Below are positions 6,299 through 16,386 of a stretch of 64,000 nt of DNA, piece after piece. The stretch spans positions 17,531-81,530 of the forward strand of contig CBDCER010000001.1 of NCBI GenBank assembly GCA_965215855.1, written 5' to 3'. The translations under genes were made by a program, and so were the position numbers. The first letter of the stretch is position 1, and each line of letters begins with the position of its first letter. Under the pieces are notes generated by a model. The model was not told the DNA's origin. It did no database searches and saw only the letters and a list, made by a program, of their open reading frames with translations. The stretch comes from Aggregatilineales bacterium. Its GTDB lineage: Bacteria > Chloroflexota > Anaerolineae > Aggregatilineales > J027.

Positions 6299-8881
6299 AT
6301 GAGCCAGCAGATCATTGCCAACCGCTATGAAATCAACGAACTGATTGGCCGGGGAGGGATGGGCAACGTCTATCGGGGCCGCGATACCCAGACGGGCGAT
6401 TCGGTTGCTATCAAACACCTGAAAAGCCATGTCATTGAAGAAAATCCGGAGCTGATCGAACGTTTCAACCGCGAGGGCAAACTTCTCCGCAAGCTGGATC
6501 ATCCCAATATTGTTACTGTGCTGGCAACCATTGAGGAAGACGATAACCATTACATCGTCATGGAACATATCGGTGGCGGGTCGCTGCGCGATATTATGGA
6601 GCAGGACAGCCCTTTGCCCGTGCGGCACGTTCTGGAAATTGGGCTGGATATTGCCGACGCGCTGACGCGTACCCATCGCTTGAACATTATCCACCGCGAC
6701 ATCAAACCGTCGAATGTCTTGATGGCTGAAGATGGGACGCCGCGCCTGACCGATTTCGGTATTGCGCGGGGCGGTGGCGATGGGAAAACTCAACTGACCA
6801 GTACGGGGGCCGTGCTGGGGACTTATGCTTATCTCAGCCCTGAAGCCTGCATGGGGGAAGAACTGGACGCCCGGGCTGACATCTGGGCGTTTGGCGTCAT
6901 GCTATATGAAATGCTGACGGGGCAGCGCCCGTTTGAATATGGGCACGAAGCCGCGACTCTGATCGCTATTTTGCAGGAGGAGACGCCGGATGTGCGCCAG
7001 GCGCGTCCGGATATGCCGGAAGAACTTGCCATTTTGATCGACCATGCTCTCATTAAAGAGCGCGACCAGCGCATTCCCAGTATCCGTCGCGTTGGTGCTG
7101 AGTTGGAAGCGATTTTGTTCTCACTGGATAAACGTAGTAGTGATGGGTCGCGGTTTGCTACCCCCTCCACGTCATCGGCTATGCCAATCTCTGCTTCGCG
7201 CCTGACCCGCTCCCCGACGGATACTGCTGGGGAAGAAAACACCGTACTCATGACTGAAACCGGCTTTGGCAAACGTACATCGCGGTGGCAACGGTTTCTG
7301 GCTGTGGACATTTTTGTTGCATTTGCTATTCTGGTTGTTGCCGTGCTGCTGTTCGCCACTGGTATATTGAGCGGCGATGATGATGCGGAGCAACAACCCA
7401 CAGCGGTCGCCGTTGTCGCTCCCCAGGATTCCGACCACTATATTGTCCTCGTTGCGCAAATGGAACCTCTGACGTCCAATGAACGTGATGTCAGCCGATT
7501 CATTGTCGATAATTTGCAGCAAAAACTGGAGCGCGAAATCACGTTCTCGAACATTCGGGTTTTTGCCTATCCGGGGATTATACGTAGCGAGGCCGAGGCA
7601 CAGATTATTGCTGAAGCCAACAATGCCGTTGTTGTCGTTTGGGGCAACTATACCACTGACGTCATTGAGCTGGAGATTCAATTGGGCGCGACCGCTGTAT
7701 TCGCCGATATACCCATCTCGCGCACTCGGATTCAAGAAGCGACCAACGTGCGCGTTCATATGGAGAATGAACGGTTGGAGTCTATTGCGCCGCAGGTGTT
7801 GGGCGTCATTGCCGTTTTGCAAAATGCCAGTGGCGATGGCTATGAACTGAGCCGCACGGTGGCGATATTGGCTGAACTGGATGTGGTTGATGCTGAGATT
7901 TTTGGCAACAGCGTCGCGGCCCATACCCACCGCTTTTTCCGGTCTTTCTTGATTGATTCGGATGTGGCACTCCAGGAAATCCGCGCTGCTCAGGTACTGG
8001 CGGCTGGCAACCCCATTCTCTATACTGCCGCCGCCAGCGCCTATATGCGTTTCGGCCAGTTGCAGAGCGCCCGCACTGATATTGAGATCGCGTTACGCCT
8101 CGAAACGTCTGATGAATGGGCGATGCCGCTCTATTTGCAGGCCAATGATGCCTTAATAACCAACGATATTGATGCTGCTATTGAAATATATAGCGACATC
8201 ATCATGCTGCGCCCCGATGATTGGTTTCCGCATAATTTCCGGGGCGCGTTGTATTATCTGAAAGCAGATTATCGACAGGCCAGCGTTGATCTCGATACTT
8301 CGCTGAGGCTGGAACCCAACGCCAATTTCCCTTACCTGTTTTCGGTATCCATTGCGTTGCGGGAAGGGCGCATTGCCGACGCTCAACAATTGATGCGGGA
8401 GGTACTCGCTCGCTTTCCTGATCCCTCGTTAGGCAATCGGACCATCACCGCGACCTATGGCGACCAGTTTCCGATCCCCTTTGGCCCGCTGTTCTCAGCT
8501 TTTGGTAATTTGCTGTTGGGGCGCTATGAGGACGTGATTACCGATGCTGAACAGGGTCTAGTGATGGACAGCCAAATACCTGAAATTTATATGTTGCAGG
8601 GATTGGCCCATTGTAATCTGGATGATGATGAATCGGCTGTAGACGCCTATACAGCAGCTATTGAACTGGCTCCGGATTTCTATACGCTTTATTTGTTGCG
8701 CGGTGATGCCCGTTTTCGCGCGGATGATGTTGATGGATCGAATCAGGACGCTGCGACTGCCACTGACCCAGATAATGGCCTGGATAACGCTTTGATGCCG
8801 TATTTATTAGCAGGTGTGCGCGGCGAATTGACCTGCAAGAATTTCTTCAGCTATGAGTTGCCGGAAGAAGATAATGACTGA
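6299..8881 (+). CDS. Ser/Thr protein kinase - single TM - extracytoplasmic domain - TPR repeats
   Basis: GRGGMGNVYRG, AIK, HRDIKPSN, DFG, SPE (Hanks motifs). TM segment FLAVDIFVAFAILVVAVLLFATGIL. TPR-like C-terminal half. Confidence 0.9.
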   Translation: MSQQIIANRYEINELIGRGGMGNVYRGRDTQTGDSVAIKHLKSHVIEENPELIERFNREGKLLRKLDHPNIVTVLATIEEDDNHYIVMEHIGGGSLRDIMEQDSPLPVRHVLEIGLDIADALTRTHRLNIIHRDIKPSNVLMAEDGTPRLTDFGIARGGGDGKTQLTSTGAVLGTYAYLSPEACMGEELDARADIWAFGVMLYEMLTGQRPFEYGHEAATLIAILQEETPDVRQARPDMPEELAILIDHALIKERDQRIPSIRRVGAELEAILFSLDKRSSDGSRFATPSTSSAMPISASRLTRSPTDTAGEENTVLMTETGFGKRTSRWQRFLAVDIFVAFAILVVAVLLFATGILSGDDDAEQQPTAVAVVAPQDSDHYIVLVAQMEPLTSNERDVSRFIVDNLQQKLEREITFSNIRVFAYPGIIRSEAEAQIIAEANNAVVVVWGNYTTDVIELEIQLGATAVFADIPISRTRIQEATNVRVHMENERLESIAPQVLGVIAVLQNASGDGYELSRTVAILAELDVVDAEIFGNSVAAHTHRFFRSFLIDSDVALQEIRAAQVLAAGNPILYTAAASAYMRFGQLQSARTDIEIALRLETSDEWAMPLYLQANDALITNDIDAAIEIYSDIIMLRPDDWFPHNFRGALYYLKADYRQASVDLDTSLRLEPNANFPYLFSVSIALREGRIADAQQLMREVLARFPDPSLGNRTITATYGDQFPIPFGPLFSAFGNLLLGRYEDVITDAEQGLVMDSQIPEIYMLQGLAHCNLDDDESAVDAYTAAIELAPDFYTLYLLRGDARFRADDVDGSNQDAATATDPDNGLDNALMPYLLAGVRGELTCKNFFSYELPEEDND

Positions 8882-11492
8882 GCAAGCGAGACCGATACTC
8901 GCTGACCGTTTTGAAGTGGGTGACCGTTTGGGGCGGGGCGGCATGGGGGATGTCTTTTTAGGCCGCGATTTGCAGACCGGTGATCAGGTTGCCGTCAAAT
9001 TGCTGAAACCGGAAATTGTGGAGCATGATCCTGACCTCGTGAAACGCTTTGACCGCGAGGGCGAGATGCTTCGTAAACTGAACCATCCGAACATCGTTAC
9101 GATTCTGGCAACTTTGCAGGAAGATGGTAAACACTACATTGTCATGGAATATGTTGGCGGCGGTTCTTTGCAGGATTTACTTCAGCAGCAGCCCCAACTG
9201 CCAGTGCAGCGCGTCCTCGAAATCGCTCTCGATATTGCTGACGCACTGACGCGTGCCCATCGCCTAAACATCATTCACCGCGACATCAAACCCGCCAATG
9301 TGCTGATTGATGAGGAAGGGCTGCCGCGCCTGACCGATTTCGGCGTCGCCCATATGGGAGATCGTACCCGCCTGACGGAAACAGGTTCTCTCATTGGGAC
9401 TTATGCTTATCTCAGCCCAGAAGCCTGTCAGGGGGTTGATCTGGATGAGCGTGCTGACATTTGGGCATTTGGTGTGATGCTCTATGAAATGTTGGCCGGA
9501 CAGCGCCCGTTTGTGTCAGATAAGGTCGGCACGTTGCTGGTGCAGATTATGAATCAACCTGTCCCATCCTTGATCGAGTACCGGCCTGATGTTCCCATAG
9601 AATTGGCCGAACTGGTTCATTGGATGCTGGAAAGGGAACGCGAGGATCGCGCCCCGACCGTGCGAGTGGTCGGCGCTCAACTGGAAGGCTTGATGCGCGG
9701 CATTGATACTACGCCCCAGACAGGCCGTGCATCTGTGCAAAAAGTTGATGCGGAAGCCAAATCGCGCTTTGCTACACCAACGCCTTCCAGTGGTGGCCCG
9801 GTGGCGGAAGGCGACACCGCTATTACCCCACCGGAGTCAATCAGGGTTGAATTGCCGGCAAGCTCTAATGTGATTGGGGTTGGACAATCACATTGGCTGA
9901 AGTGGGTTACGGTGATTATTGGCATCCTGGCGGTTGCAGCGGTCGTCATCGCCGGCATGTTTTATGGGGGAAGGCGCGATGATGAAGGCGATACTTCGCG
10001 TCGATCTGTCGATCAAATTGCCAATTATGTCGGTGAAGCTGTTCCCGACGATGAATTTCTGATTTTGGTGGCCCATCTGGAACCTATCAACACAGATGAG
10101 CGCGAGGTTGCCCGCTTCATCATTGACGATTTGAGCCAATATCTTGAAGTCAGCATTCCTGATTCCACCATGCACGTTCGGGAATATCCGGATATTGTTA
10201 TCTCGTCGGAGCGGGCCAGCCGGGCTGCTGCTGCGAATAAAGCTGCTGTGATTGTTTGGGGAAGCTACACTGATACGTTTATTCAACTGGATGTCCAGAT
10301 TGGCTCACTCCATGCGTTTCCATATAACGATTTCCCCCGCGAAGATGTGGAGCGCGTTACCAATCTTCGGGTGCGGATGACGGATGTTTTTGAGGAGTCG
10401 GTCACGCCAGTGGTGTTGAATGCTCTCAATACGTTGTATGCCGCCAACGGCGACGCTTTTGACGTGCTGCGAATCGGCGTGATCGCCAGCCATATGAATC
10501 TTGTGCCAGCCCAGCCGGTTGGTGACAGCCTGGCGGCTTACAGCTATCGGGCCAGCATCGCGCCTTATCTATTCGAGACTCAGGCCGATAGTGATGTGTA
10601 TGCTGAAGAACAACTGGCCGCAGCCCTCACCATCGAGCAGCACCCACTCATCTATACACAGCGCAGTATGTGGTATGTTACACAAGGGCGTTTTGATGAA
10701 TCACGGGAAGACGCCCAAACTGCCATCCTGCGTGGCCCCGATGACTGGGTCATTCCTATGTACGTCATTACAACGGGTTCTGACTTTCAAGAAACGATTG
10801 ATTTGTTTTCCACCATTGTCGAACTTCGCCCCGAAGACTGGTATGCAGCTTACCAACTCGGCGCTCTTTACTATTCTGTGGGAGTGACCGAGCTTGCCAT
10901 CGCTTACTTAGATCAGGCCGTTGCTTTAGAAGCCGAAGCTAGTTTCCCGTATCTTGTCCGGGGAATTATGGCCCTCCACGATGGGCAACTGGCCCTTGCT
11001 GCTCAACTCATGCAAGTTGTCGTAGACAAATTTCCTGATCCATCCTACAGTCGCCGTCTGATGCAGGCGTCTTTTGGTGATCAGGAAGGGTTCTATGTGT
11101 GGGATGCCTATTTGAATGCGGCTACTAGCTTGGCTTTGAGTCAACATAACGATGTGCTGGCAGCTCTGGAGAACATCGTCCTCGAAGTCCCCCTGTCCGA
11201 TTTCAGCCTGTTACAAGGTCTGGCTTATTGCAATCTGGGTGAGTATGCTGCTGCGGAGGAAGCTTATAGCCGTGCCTTGCAGCTTGATCCCGATTTCAGA
11301 ATGCTCTATCTATTTCGGGCCGAAGTCAGCACTCATCAGGAGGATACCGACGGCGCTGTAGCCGATTTTGCACTGGCCCGCCAACATGGCTACGGACCGG
11401 AATTCGATACCGTCATTGCTGCTTATGAAGCGGGTAATCTGACCTGCGAAAACCTCTTCATCTATTCGTCGCAAGCTGCTACCATCGACTGA
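8874..11492 (+). CDS. Ser/Thr protein kinase - TM - TPR, tandem paralog of the upstream gene
   Basis: Same architecture and collinear similarity to 6299-8881, including the C-terminal LTC(K/E)N(F/L)F. ATG 8874 overlaps the upstream stop (ATGACTGA). The ORF track starts at 8853. Confidence 0.9.
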   Translation: MTEQARPILADRFEVGDRLGRGGMGDVFLGRDLQTGDQVAVKLLKPEIVEHDPDLVKRFDREGEMLRKLNHPNIVTILATLQEDGKHYIVMEYVGGGSLQDLLQQQPQLPVQRVLEIALDIADALTRAHRLNIIHRDIKPANVLIDEEGLPRLTDFGVAHMGDRTRLTETGSLIGTYAYLSPEACQGVDLDERADIWAFGVMLYEMLAGQRPFVSDKVGTLLVQIMNQPVPSLIEYRPDVPIELAELVHWMLEREREDRAPTVRVVGAQLEGLMRGIDTTPQTGRASVQKVDAEAKSRFATPTPSSGGPVAEGDTAITPPESIRVELPASSNVIGVGQSHWLKWVTVIIGILAVAAVVIAGMFYGGRRDDEGDTSRRSVDQIANYVGEAVPDDEFLILVAHLEPINTDEREVARFIIDDLSQYLEVSIPDSTMHVREYPDIVISSERASRAAAANKAAVIVWGSYTDTFIQLDVQIGSLHAFPYNDFPREDVERVTNLRVRMTDVFEESVTPVVLNALNTLYAANGDAFDVLRIGVIASHMNLVPAQPVGDSLAAYSYRASIAPYLFETQADSDVYAEEQLAAALTIEQHPLIYTQRSMWYVTQGRFDESREDAQTAILRGPDDWVIPMYVITTGSDFQETIDLFSTIVELRPEDWYAAYQLGALYYSVGVTELAIAYLDQAVALEAEASFPYLVRGIMALHDGQLALAAQLMQVVVDKFPDPSYSRRLMQASFGDQEGFYVWDAYLNAATSLALSQHNDVLAALENIVLEVPLSDFSLLQGLAYCNLGEYAAAEEAYSRALQLDPDFRMLYLFRAEVSTHQEDTDGAVADFALARQHGYGPEFDTVIAAYEAGNLTCENLFIYSSQAATID

Positions 11493-11528
11493 AAGTGTGG
11501 CAGCCCAATTCCCATAAGGAGTTTTGTT

Positions 11529-13556
11529 ATGCGTTTTAGACCAATGATGATTTTGATGATGCTCGTGGTGTTGTTGCTCTCCGTCGGCCCAACAGCCGCC
11601 ATCGACACACACGATTCATCGCCGTTAGCGTCACAAGATGAGCCAGCACCTTTGCTCAAAATCGGCGAGGTGCAGGGCGCAATTACTGATGACGAAACCG
11701 ACCCGGAGAATTTTAGTTCGCCGTATCGCAATGAGCGCGTGCAGGTATCTGGTGTGGTCACCAACCTCATCATGCTCAACACCGATGGCCGCGAGGTCAG
11801 CGGCTTCTTTTTGCAGGAGACTGCTGAAAACAGTGACGGCGATCCCAACACTTCCGATGGTATTCAAGCGATCATCGGCGCGTCTCCCAGTTTGGATGAC
11901 TACACTCCTGCGGTGGGCGACATCATCACCATTGAGGGCAAGGTTGAGGAGTATTATGGTTTGACGCGCCTGACGCGCCTGGCTTTTGTCAGTCTTGATG
12001 GGCAGGTTGATCACCTGACCGATGCCATTCCACCTGTCGAGATCAATCCGGGCAATGTATTACTGGAAAATTCCATTGTTTATGAACGTTTGGAAGGGAT
12101 GCGGGTTATCGTTCCCGTTCCGACGCTGGTCGTTTCTCCGACACACTTGTTTTCCTCGACCAATGACACAGAAACCTATGTCATTCGTTCCGATCATCCG
12201 GTGGCTCAACGGGAGGACCCACTCACGCGCCGTATCTTCCGTGATCCGCACGAATTGGACGACGGCCTGCCGGGCGAGAATCCGTATCGCATTTCCGTTG
12301 AGGGCAATATTTTGAAGGCAGAAGCGGGTGATTACAACGTCAATCTTCCAGCTTATAATACCTACGACACATTTTCTTCGTCGTTAGTTGGCAACATCGT
12401 GTATAGTTTTGGACGTTATACGCTGCAGATCGAAGCGTTGCCTGACCACGAAGTGAGCCTGTTGCCTGATACCAATGCACCCGTTGAAGCTCCAGACCGT
12501 GCCATCCAGTACACTGTCGCTACCTATAACATCGAAAATTTCTACGACTACTACAACGACCCCATTGATTTCCGCGACACGCCCGGTGACGGCACACTCA
12601 ACTATGTTCCGCTTTCCGTTGAACATTACGATGCGAGAGTCACCAAGCTGGCGTTGTCCATTATCGAAGACCTTCATGCACCGGACATTATCGCGTTCCA
12701 AGAAATTGAAGATCAGGACGTGTGTGTGGGTGGGGGGCAGGTTTATGGCACATGTGCCGATGTTGATAATGCTGATGGGATGCCGGATGTGTTGCAAGAT
12801 GTGGCTATTCGGATCAGTGAACTGACCGACGGCGAAGTCGTCTATATATCGGTCACCGACCGTGAAAGCGCCGATGATCGTGGCATCTCGCAGGGCTATC
12901 TCTACCGTGCAGATCGTGTTGAAATGCCGACGGCTGATCCGACAGACCCCGTCCTCGGTGAGCGTCCTGAAGATCCCGACGCCCGTTATTATGAATTCAA
13001 CCAGTCGGTGAGCAATCCCAAATCGCTCAACCAGCGTTTCGGCCCCGGCACACCGCTGTTCACGCGTCCGCCGCTGGTGGGTCTGTTCCACATCTATCAT
13101 GAGACGGTGGGTGAAGGGGATTATGTGGCGGTTTATCTCTCTGATAACCACTTCAAGAGCGACCCGACTGGCTACAATGCTCTGCGCGAGTTCCAATCGC
13201 TCTACAATCTCAGCTTTGTTGAAGCACTTCAGGCCGAGAATCCTGATGTCTACTTCATCATCCTGGGGGATCTGAATTCCTTCCGCGAATCGCAAGAAAT
13301 GGCAACGCTGGAGCCGACTATGACCAGCCTGTGGGAGATGATTCCTGCCGAGTCGCGCTATACCTATATTTTTGCCGGGCAAACGCAGACACTCGACTAC
13401 ATCTATGCTACACCTAATCTGGTCGACCACCTGGACTCGGTACGTGTCGCCCATATCAATGCCGACTATAGTTTCACCTATGAAACTGATGCGTCGCTGA
13501 GTTGGCGGGCTGCTGATCACGACCCGATTGTCGCAACCTTTAACTTCCCTGAATAG
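11529..13556 (+). CDS. secreted ExeM/NucH-type extracellular nuclease (endonuclease/exonuclease/phosphatase fold)
   Basis: Signal peptide MRFRPMMILMMLVVLLLSVGPTAA. EEP blocks ATYNIENF, AFQEIED, GDLNSF, DHDPIVATF. Confidence 0.8.
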   Translation: MRFRPMMILMMLVVLLLSVGPTAAIDTHDSSPLASQDEPAPLLKIGEVQGAITDDETDPENFSSPYRNERVQVSGVVTNLIMLNTDGREVSGFFLQETAENSDGDPNTSDGIQAIIGASPSLDDYTPAVGDIITIEGKVEEYYGLTRLTRLAFVSLDGQVDHLTDAIPPVEINPGNVLLENSIVYERLEGMRVIVPVPTLVVSPTHLFSSTNDTETYVIRSDHPVAQREDPLTRRIFRDPHELDDGLPGENPYRISVEGNILKAEAGDYNVNLPAYNTYDTFSSSLVGNIVYSFGRYTLQIEALPDHEVSLLPDTNAPVEAPDRAIQYTVATYNIENFYDYYNDPIDFRDTPGDGTLNYVPLSVEHYDARVTKLALSIIEDLHAPDIIAFQEIEDQDVCVGGGQVYGTCADVDNADGMPDVLQDVAIRISELTDGEVVYISVTDRESADDRGISQGYLYRADRVEMPTADPTDPVLGERPEDPDARYYEFNQSVSNPKSLNQRFGPGTPLFTRPPLVGLFHIYHETVGEGDYVAVYLSDNHFKSDPTGYNALREFQSLYNLSFVEALQAENPDVYFIILGDLNSFRESQEMATLEPTMTSLWEMIPAESRYTYIFAGQTQTLDYIYATPNLVDHLDSVRVAHINADYSFTYETDASLSWRAADHDPIVATFNFPE

Positions 13557-13633
13557 CATTAGATTCGGGTGAAGTGAATACACAAAGCCCCCCTATACCG
13601 TTGAGATAAGGATTATGAGGCGGGTTTTTGTTG

Positions 13634-13710
13634 CATTGGGCTAGAACCCCAACGCTCAATGAAAAGGGCATCATGGCCGCATTTTTCACTGAGCGTGAGG
13701 GTTCAAGCCC
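13634..13710 (+). repeat. hairpin repeat, family 1, copy A (more diverged at its 3' arm)
   Basis: TTGGGCTAGAACCCCAACGCTCAATGAAAAGG...TTTTTCACTGAGCG.. matches the copies at 37096-37170 and 45699-45772. Confidence 0.65.
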
Positions 13711-13858
13711 ACGCGGACTCCCCCAAGCATACCTTCGATGCTCCCGTTGGTTGTAGAGGGAGGACTGTTCGTATTCTCAAATCCCGCTCATAAAGCGATG
13801 AATCGTACCAGGCACGAATCCTTTTTTAGTATGATCCTGTCGGCGAACTAGTGTAATA

Positions 13859-13947
13859 GGGTGATTCTTGGATAGGGTGGAGGGTTTGTGAGGGCAGGAG
13901 ACGGGGGCACGGTTACAGCCTCTTATGCCCATCGTCACGCGGATTCT
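13859..13947 (+). repeat. family 2 repeat, long form
   Basis: GGTGATTCTTGGATAGGGTGGAGGGTTTGTGAG..GAGACGGGGGCACGGTTACAGCC.. aligns by eye at about 75% with 48273-48368. Confidence 0.6.
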
Positions 13948-13952
13948 GTGCC

Positions 13953-14855
13953 TTATCCGACGCAGTCGCTCAGAAAATCCAGGATGCGGTTGAAGCGTTC
14001 TGGCGTCAGGGCATGTTCGCCATCATCGCGGAAATGCGTGATATGTTCATTCGATACGGCGCGGGCAATTACCTCGGTGGCATCTTTCGCATAACGGTCA
14101 TTCTCAGCGGAGACAACAAACAACGGGCGCGGTGCGATACAATCCAACAGGTGATATAAATCCCAGCGGGCGGCAAAACCCGGAATGACGAGGGCCAACT
14201 CTAATGCAATATTATGCTCACGCTTGTAGGCATAGGAACACAACGCCCCGCTCGATACTGCAAAACGGATGCGAGGTTCCAGTGCTGCCTGAAATAGCAC
14301 GGTATTGCCGCCATAAGAATGTCCCAGCGCACCGATTTTAGTGGTGTCCATCTGTGGATGATGCGCTAACAGCGATAGAGCAGTGGACGCATCGGAAAGC
14401 ACTTTTCGCATCAAGGTGTCGCCCTGTGTCAGCCGGTTTCCCATTTCGATGTAGTGCTGGATGTCATCGTGTTCGTGGGGTTCGATACCGGTGGCGTTGC
14501 GGCGGCGGTCTTCAAAACAAATCGAATCGGGAGCTAGAATCATAAAGCCGCGTTTTGCCAGTTCTGGGCCAAATGCCTGCAAGGGATCGCCCGCAATGCC
14601 CATGATCTCGCTCTTGCCCAGGTAGCGTTGGCTGGCGTGTTGGTGATGGACCAGCACTGCGGGAAATGGTCCGTCGCCATCTGGGGATAGCAGGAATGCT
14701 GGAATCTCATCGCCATCGGCAGCCTTGTATATGATTCGTTGTCGGGTAAATCCGGTGTCGGGCACGGTTTCCAGAACTTCATAATCTATCGCTGTTTCAA
14801 TACGTTCCAAATTCAAAAAGCGCCGGATGTCTTCACGCAGCGTTGATGGATTCAT
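13953..14855 (-). CDS. alpha/beta hydrolase (dienelactone-hydrolase-like)
   Basis: GHSYGG nucleophile elbow, C-terminal His region and overall length. Confidence 0.7.
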   Translation of the reverse strand: MNPSTLREDIRRFLNLERIETAIDYEVLETVPDTGFTRQRIIYKAADGDEIPAFLLSPDGDGPFPAVLVHHQHASQRYLGKSEIMGIAGDPLQAFGPELAKRGFMILAPDSICFEDRRRNATGIEPHEHDDIQHYIEMGNRLTQGDTLMRKVLSDASTALSLLAHHPQMDTTKIGALGHSYGGNTVLFQAALEPRIRFAVSSGALCSYAYKREHNIALELALVIPGFAARWDLYHLLDCIAPRPLFVVSAENDRYAKDATEVIARAVSNEHITHFRDDGEHALTPERFNRILDFLSDCVG

Positions 14856-15021
14856 TCAAGCAACCTCCTCCTGATAACATCGCTGTGCCTATTATCCGCC
14901 AAGCGCGAATCTGACACAAAAACAGGCATTCATCATACCTCACCAACATCCTCACATTTTCTACACAACCTTGCCGGACAATGACGCTATACAACCATTC
15001 ATCTACTGGAGTGTCTAAATA

Positions 15022-16320
15022 ATGTCTTCAATATCAATCACGCAGGAACTCGCAACACCACAAACACCGGTCAAGGAAATATCCAAGACCATGCGAACTT
15101 TTCTCATTGTCTGGCTGGGGCAATTTGTGTCGGTTATCGGCAGTAGCATGACCGGTTTTGGCCTGGGCGTATATGTTTATCAGCGAAGCGGATCGGCTAC
15201 GGATTTCACGCTAATCTTCCTCTTCACCATGTTGCCACGCGCACTGTTCGCTCCGTTAGCCGGTTCATTGGCAGACCGCTGGAACCGTCGCTGGCTTATG
15301 ATTCTGAGCGATACCGGCGCGGGAATCACTACTATCGCGGCCGCACTGCTGCTGGCTTTTGGTGATCTGGCCCTGTGGCATATTTACGTTATTGTGTTCA
15401 TCAACGCTTTTTTCAATGCGCTGCAAGGGCCAGCCTATGCGGCTTCCATCGCCCAACTCGTTCCCAAACAGCACTACGGTCGGGTCAGCGGGATGGTCCA
15501 ATTGGGTGAGGCTTTTGGGCAGATTGCAGCGCCGGTATTGGCTGGGGTATTGATCAGCACAGTTGGCCTGTCGGGGATCCTGAGTCTGGACATGATTACG
15601 TTTTTCTTTGCCGTGACAACCCTGATGTTGGTACGCTTTCCCGCCGTTCAAGCGTCGTCTGACCATGCTTCGTCTGAGGAAAACGAGCTTTCCGGCTGGC
15701 TGGAAGGCTGGCGCTATCTGAAAGCTCGTCCTGGTTTGCTGGCGCTGGTGCTGAGTTTCTCGCTGACGAACTATTTCGTGGGCAATGCCGAAGCTCTGCT
15801 GACGCCGCTGATCCTCACGTATGCCTCGACAAGTGCCCTGGGAACCGTGTTGTCGGTAGGTGGTCTGGGAATGCTGGTTGGAAGCATTGGGATGAGTATT
15901 TGGGGTGGCGGTGAGCGCAAAGTGTATACCTCAATGGGTTTCTATGGTCTATTGGGCGTCATGGTGATCTTGATGGGCCTGACCAGTAACCTGTTCATTG
16001 TGGCAGTTGTGTTGTTCGTCGCTTTCCTGTCTGTGCCGCTGACGATAGGCGCAAACAACGCCATTGTGATGAGTAAGGTCGATCAGCGTGTGCAAGGGCG
16101 GGTGTTCGCGCTACGGATAATGCTGAATACCGGCGCTTTCGCGCTGGCTTATATGACCGCTGGGCCGTTGGCAGACCAGGTTTTCGTGCCGCTGGTGGGT
16201 GAAGAAGGCATTGCAACGCTGTTCATCGTAATGGGCATCCTGGCGATGTTAACGGCAATTGGTGGGCTACTCTATACACCGCTGCGCCGGGTCGAGATTG
16301 ACCTGTTGGATGCGGAATAG
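15022..16320 (+). CDS. MFS transporter
   Basis: About 12 hydrophobic segments. GSLADRWNRRWLMILSD loop motif typical of the MFS_3/EntS-like group. Confidence 0.8.
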   Translation: MSSISITQELATPQTPVKEISKTMRTFLIVWLGQFVSVIGSSMTGFGLGVYVYQRSGSATDFTLIFLFTMLPRALFAPLAGSLADRWNRRWLMILSDTGAGITTIAAALLLAFGDLALWHIYVIVFINAFFNALQGPAYAASIAQLVPKQHYGRVSGMVQLGEAFGQIAAPVLAGVLISTVGLSGILSLDMITFFFAVTTLMLVRFPAVQASSDHASSEENELSGWLEGWRYLKARPGLLALVLSFSLTNYFVGNAEALLTPLILTYASTSALGTVLSVGGLGMLVGSIGMSIWGGGERKVYTSMGFYGLLGVMVILMGLTSNLFIVAVVLFVAFLSVPLTIGANNAIVMSKVDQRVQGRVFALRIMLNTGAFALAYMTAGPLADQVFVPLVGEEGIATLFIVMGILAMLTAIGGLLYTPLRRVEIDLLDAE

Positions 16321-16330
16321 ATTGAGGCAA

Positions 16331-16360
16331 GGGGCGGCACTGGTCGCCCCGATTTTGTTT
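16331..16360 (+). terminator. candidate intrinsic terminator between convergent genes
   Basis: GGGGCG-8 nt-CGCCCC followed by GATTTTGTTT. Confidence 0.45.
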
Positions 16361-16386
16361 GCATCACATGATTTCCAGCATTATCC

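Noticed and set aside
6299-11492. Whether the two kinase paralogs are additional DGR targets
   Set aside because: They have no C-type-lectin/FGE tail and no segment similar to the TR. Differences between the paralogs are spread over all bases and the full length, consistent with ordinary divergence.
12384-13583. 399-aa minus-strand ORF
   Set aside because: It is entirely antisense to the well-supported EEP nuclease gene, is rich in Arg/Ile/His/Val with no motifs, and runs past the nuclease stop. A shadow ORF.
13690-13712. GGTTCAAGCCC, a tRNA T-arm-like string in the 400-bp intergenic region
   Set aside because: No matching T-stem, acceptor stem or anticodon arm could be drawn. It is the diverged 3' arm of family 1 repeat copy A. 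I found no tRNA, rRNA or CRISPR array anywhere in the window.
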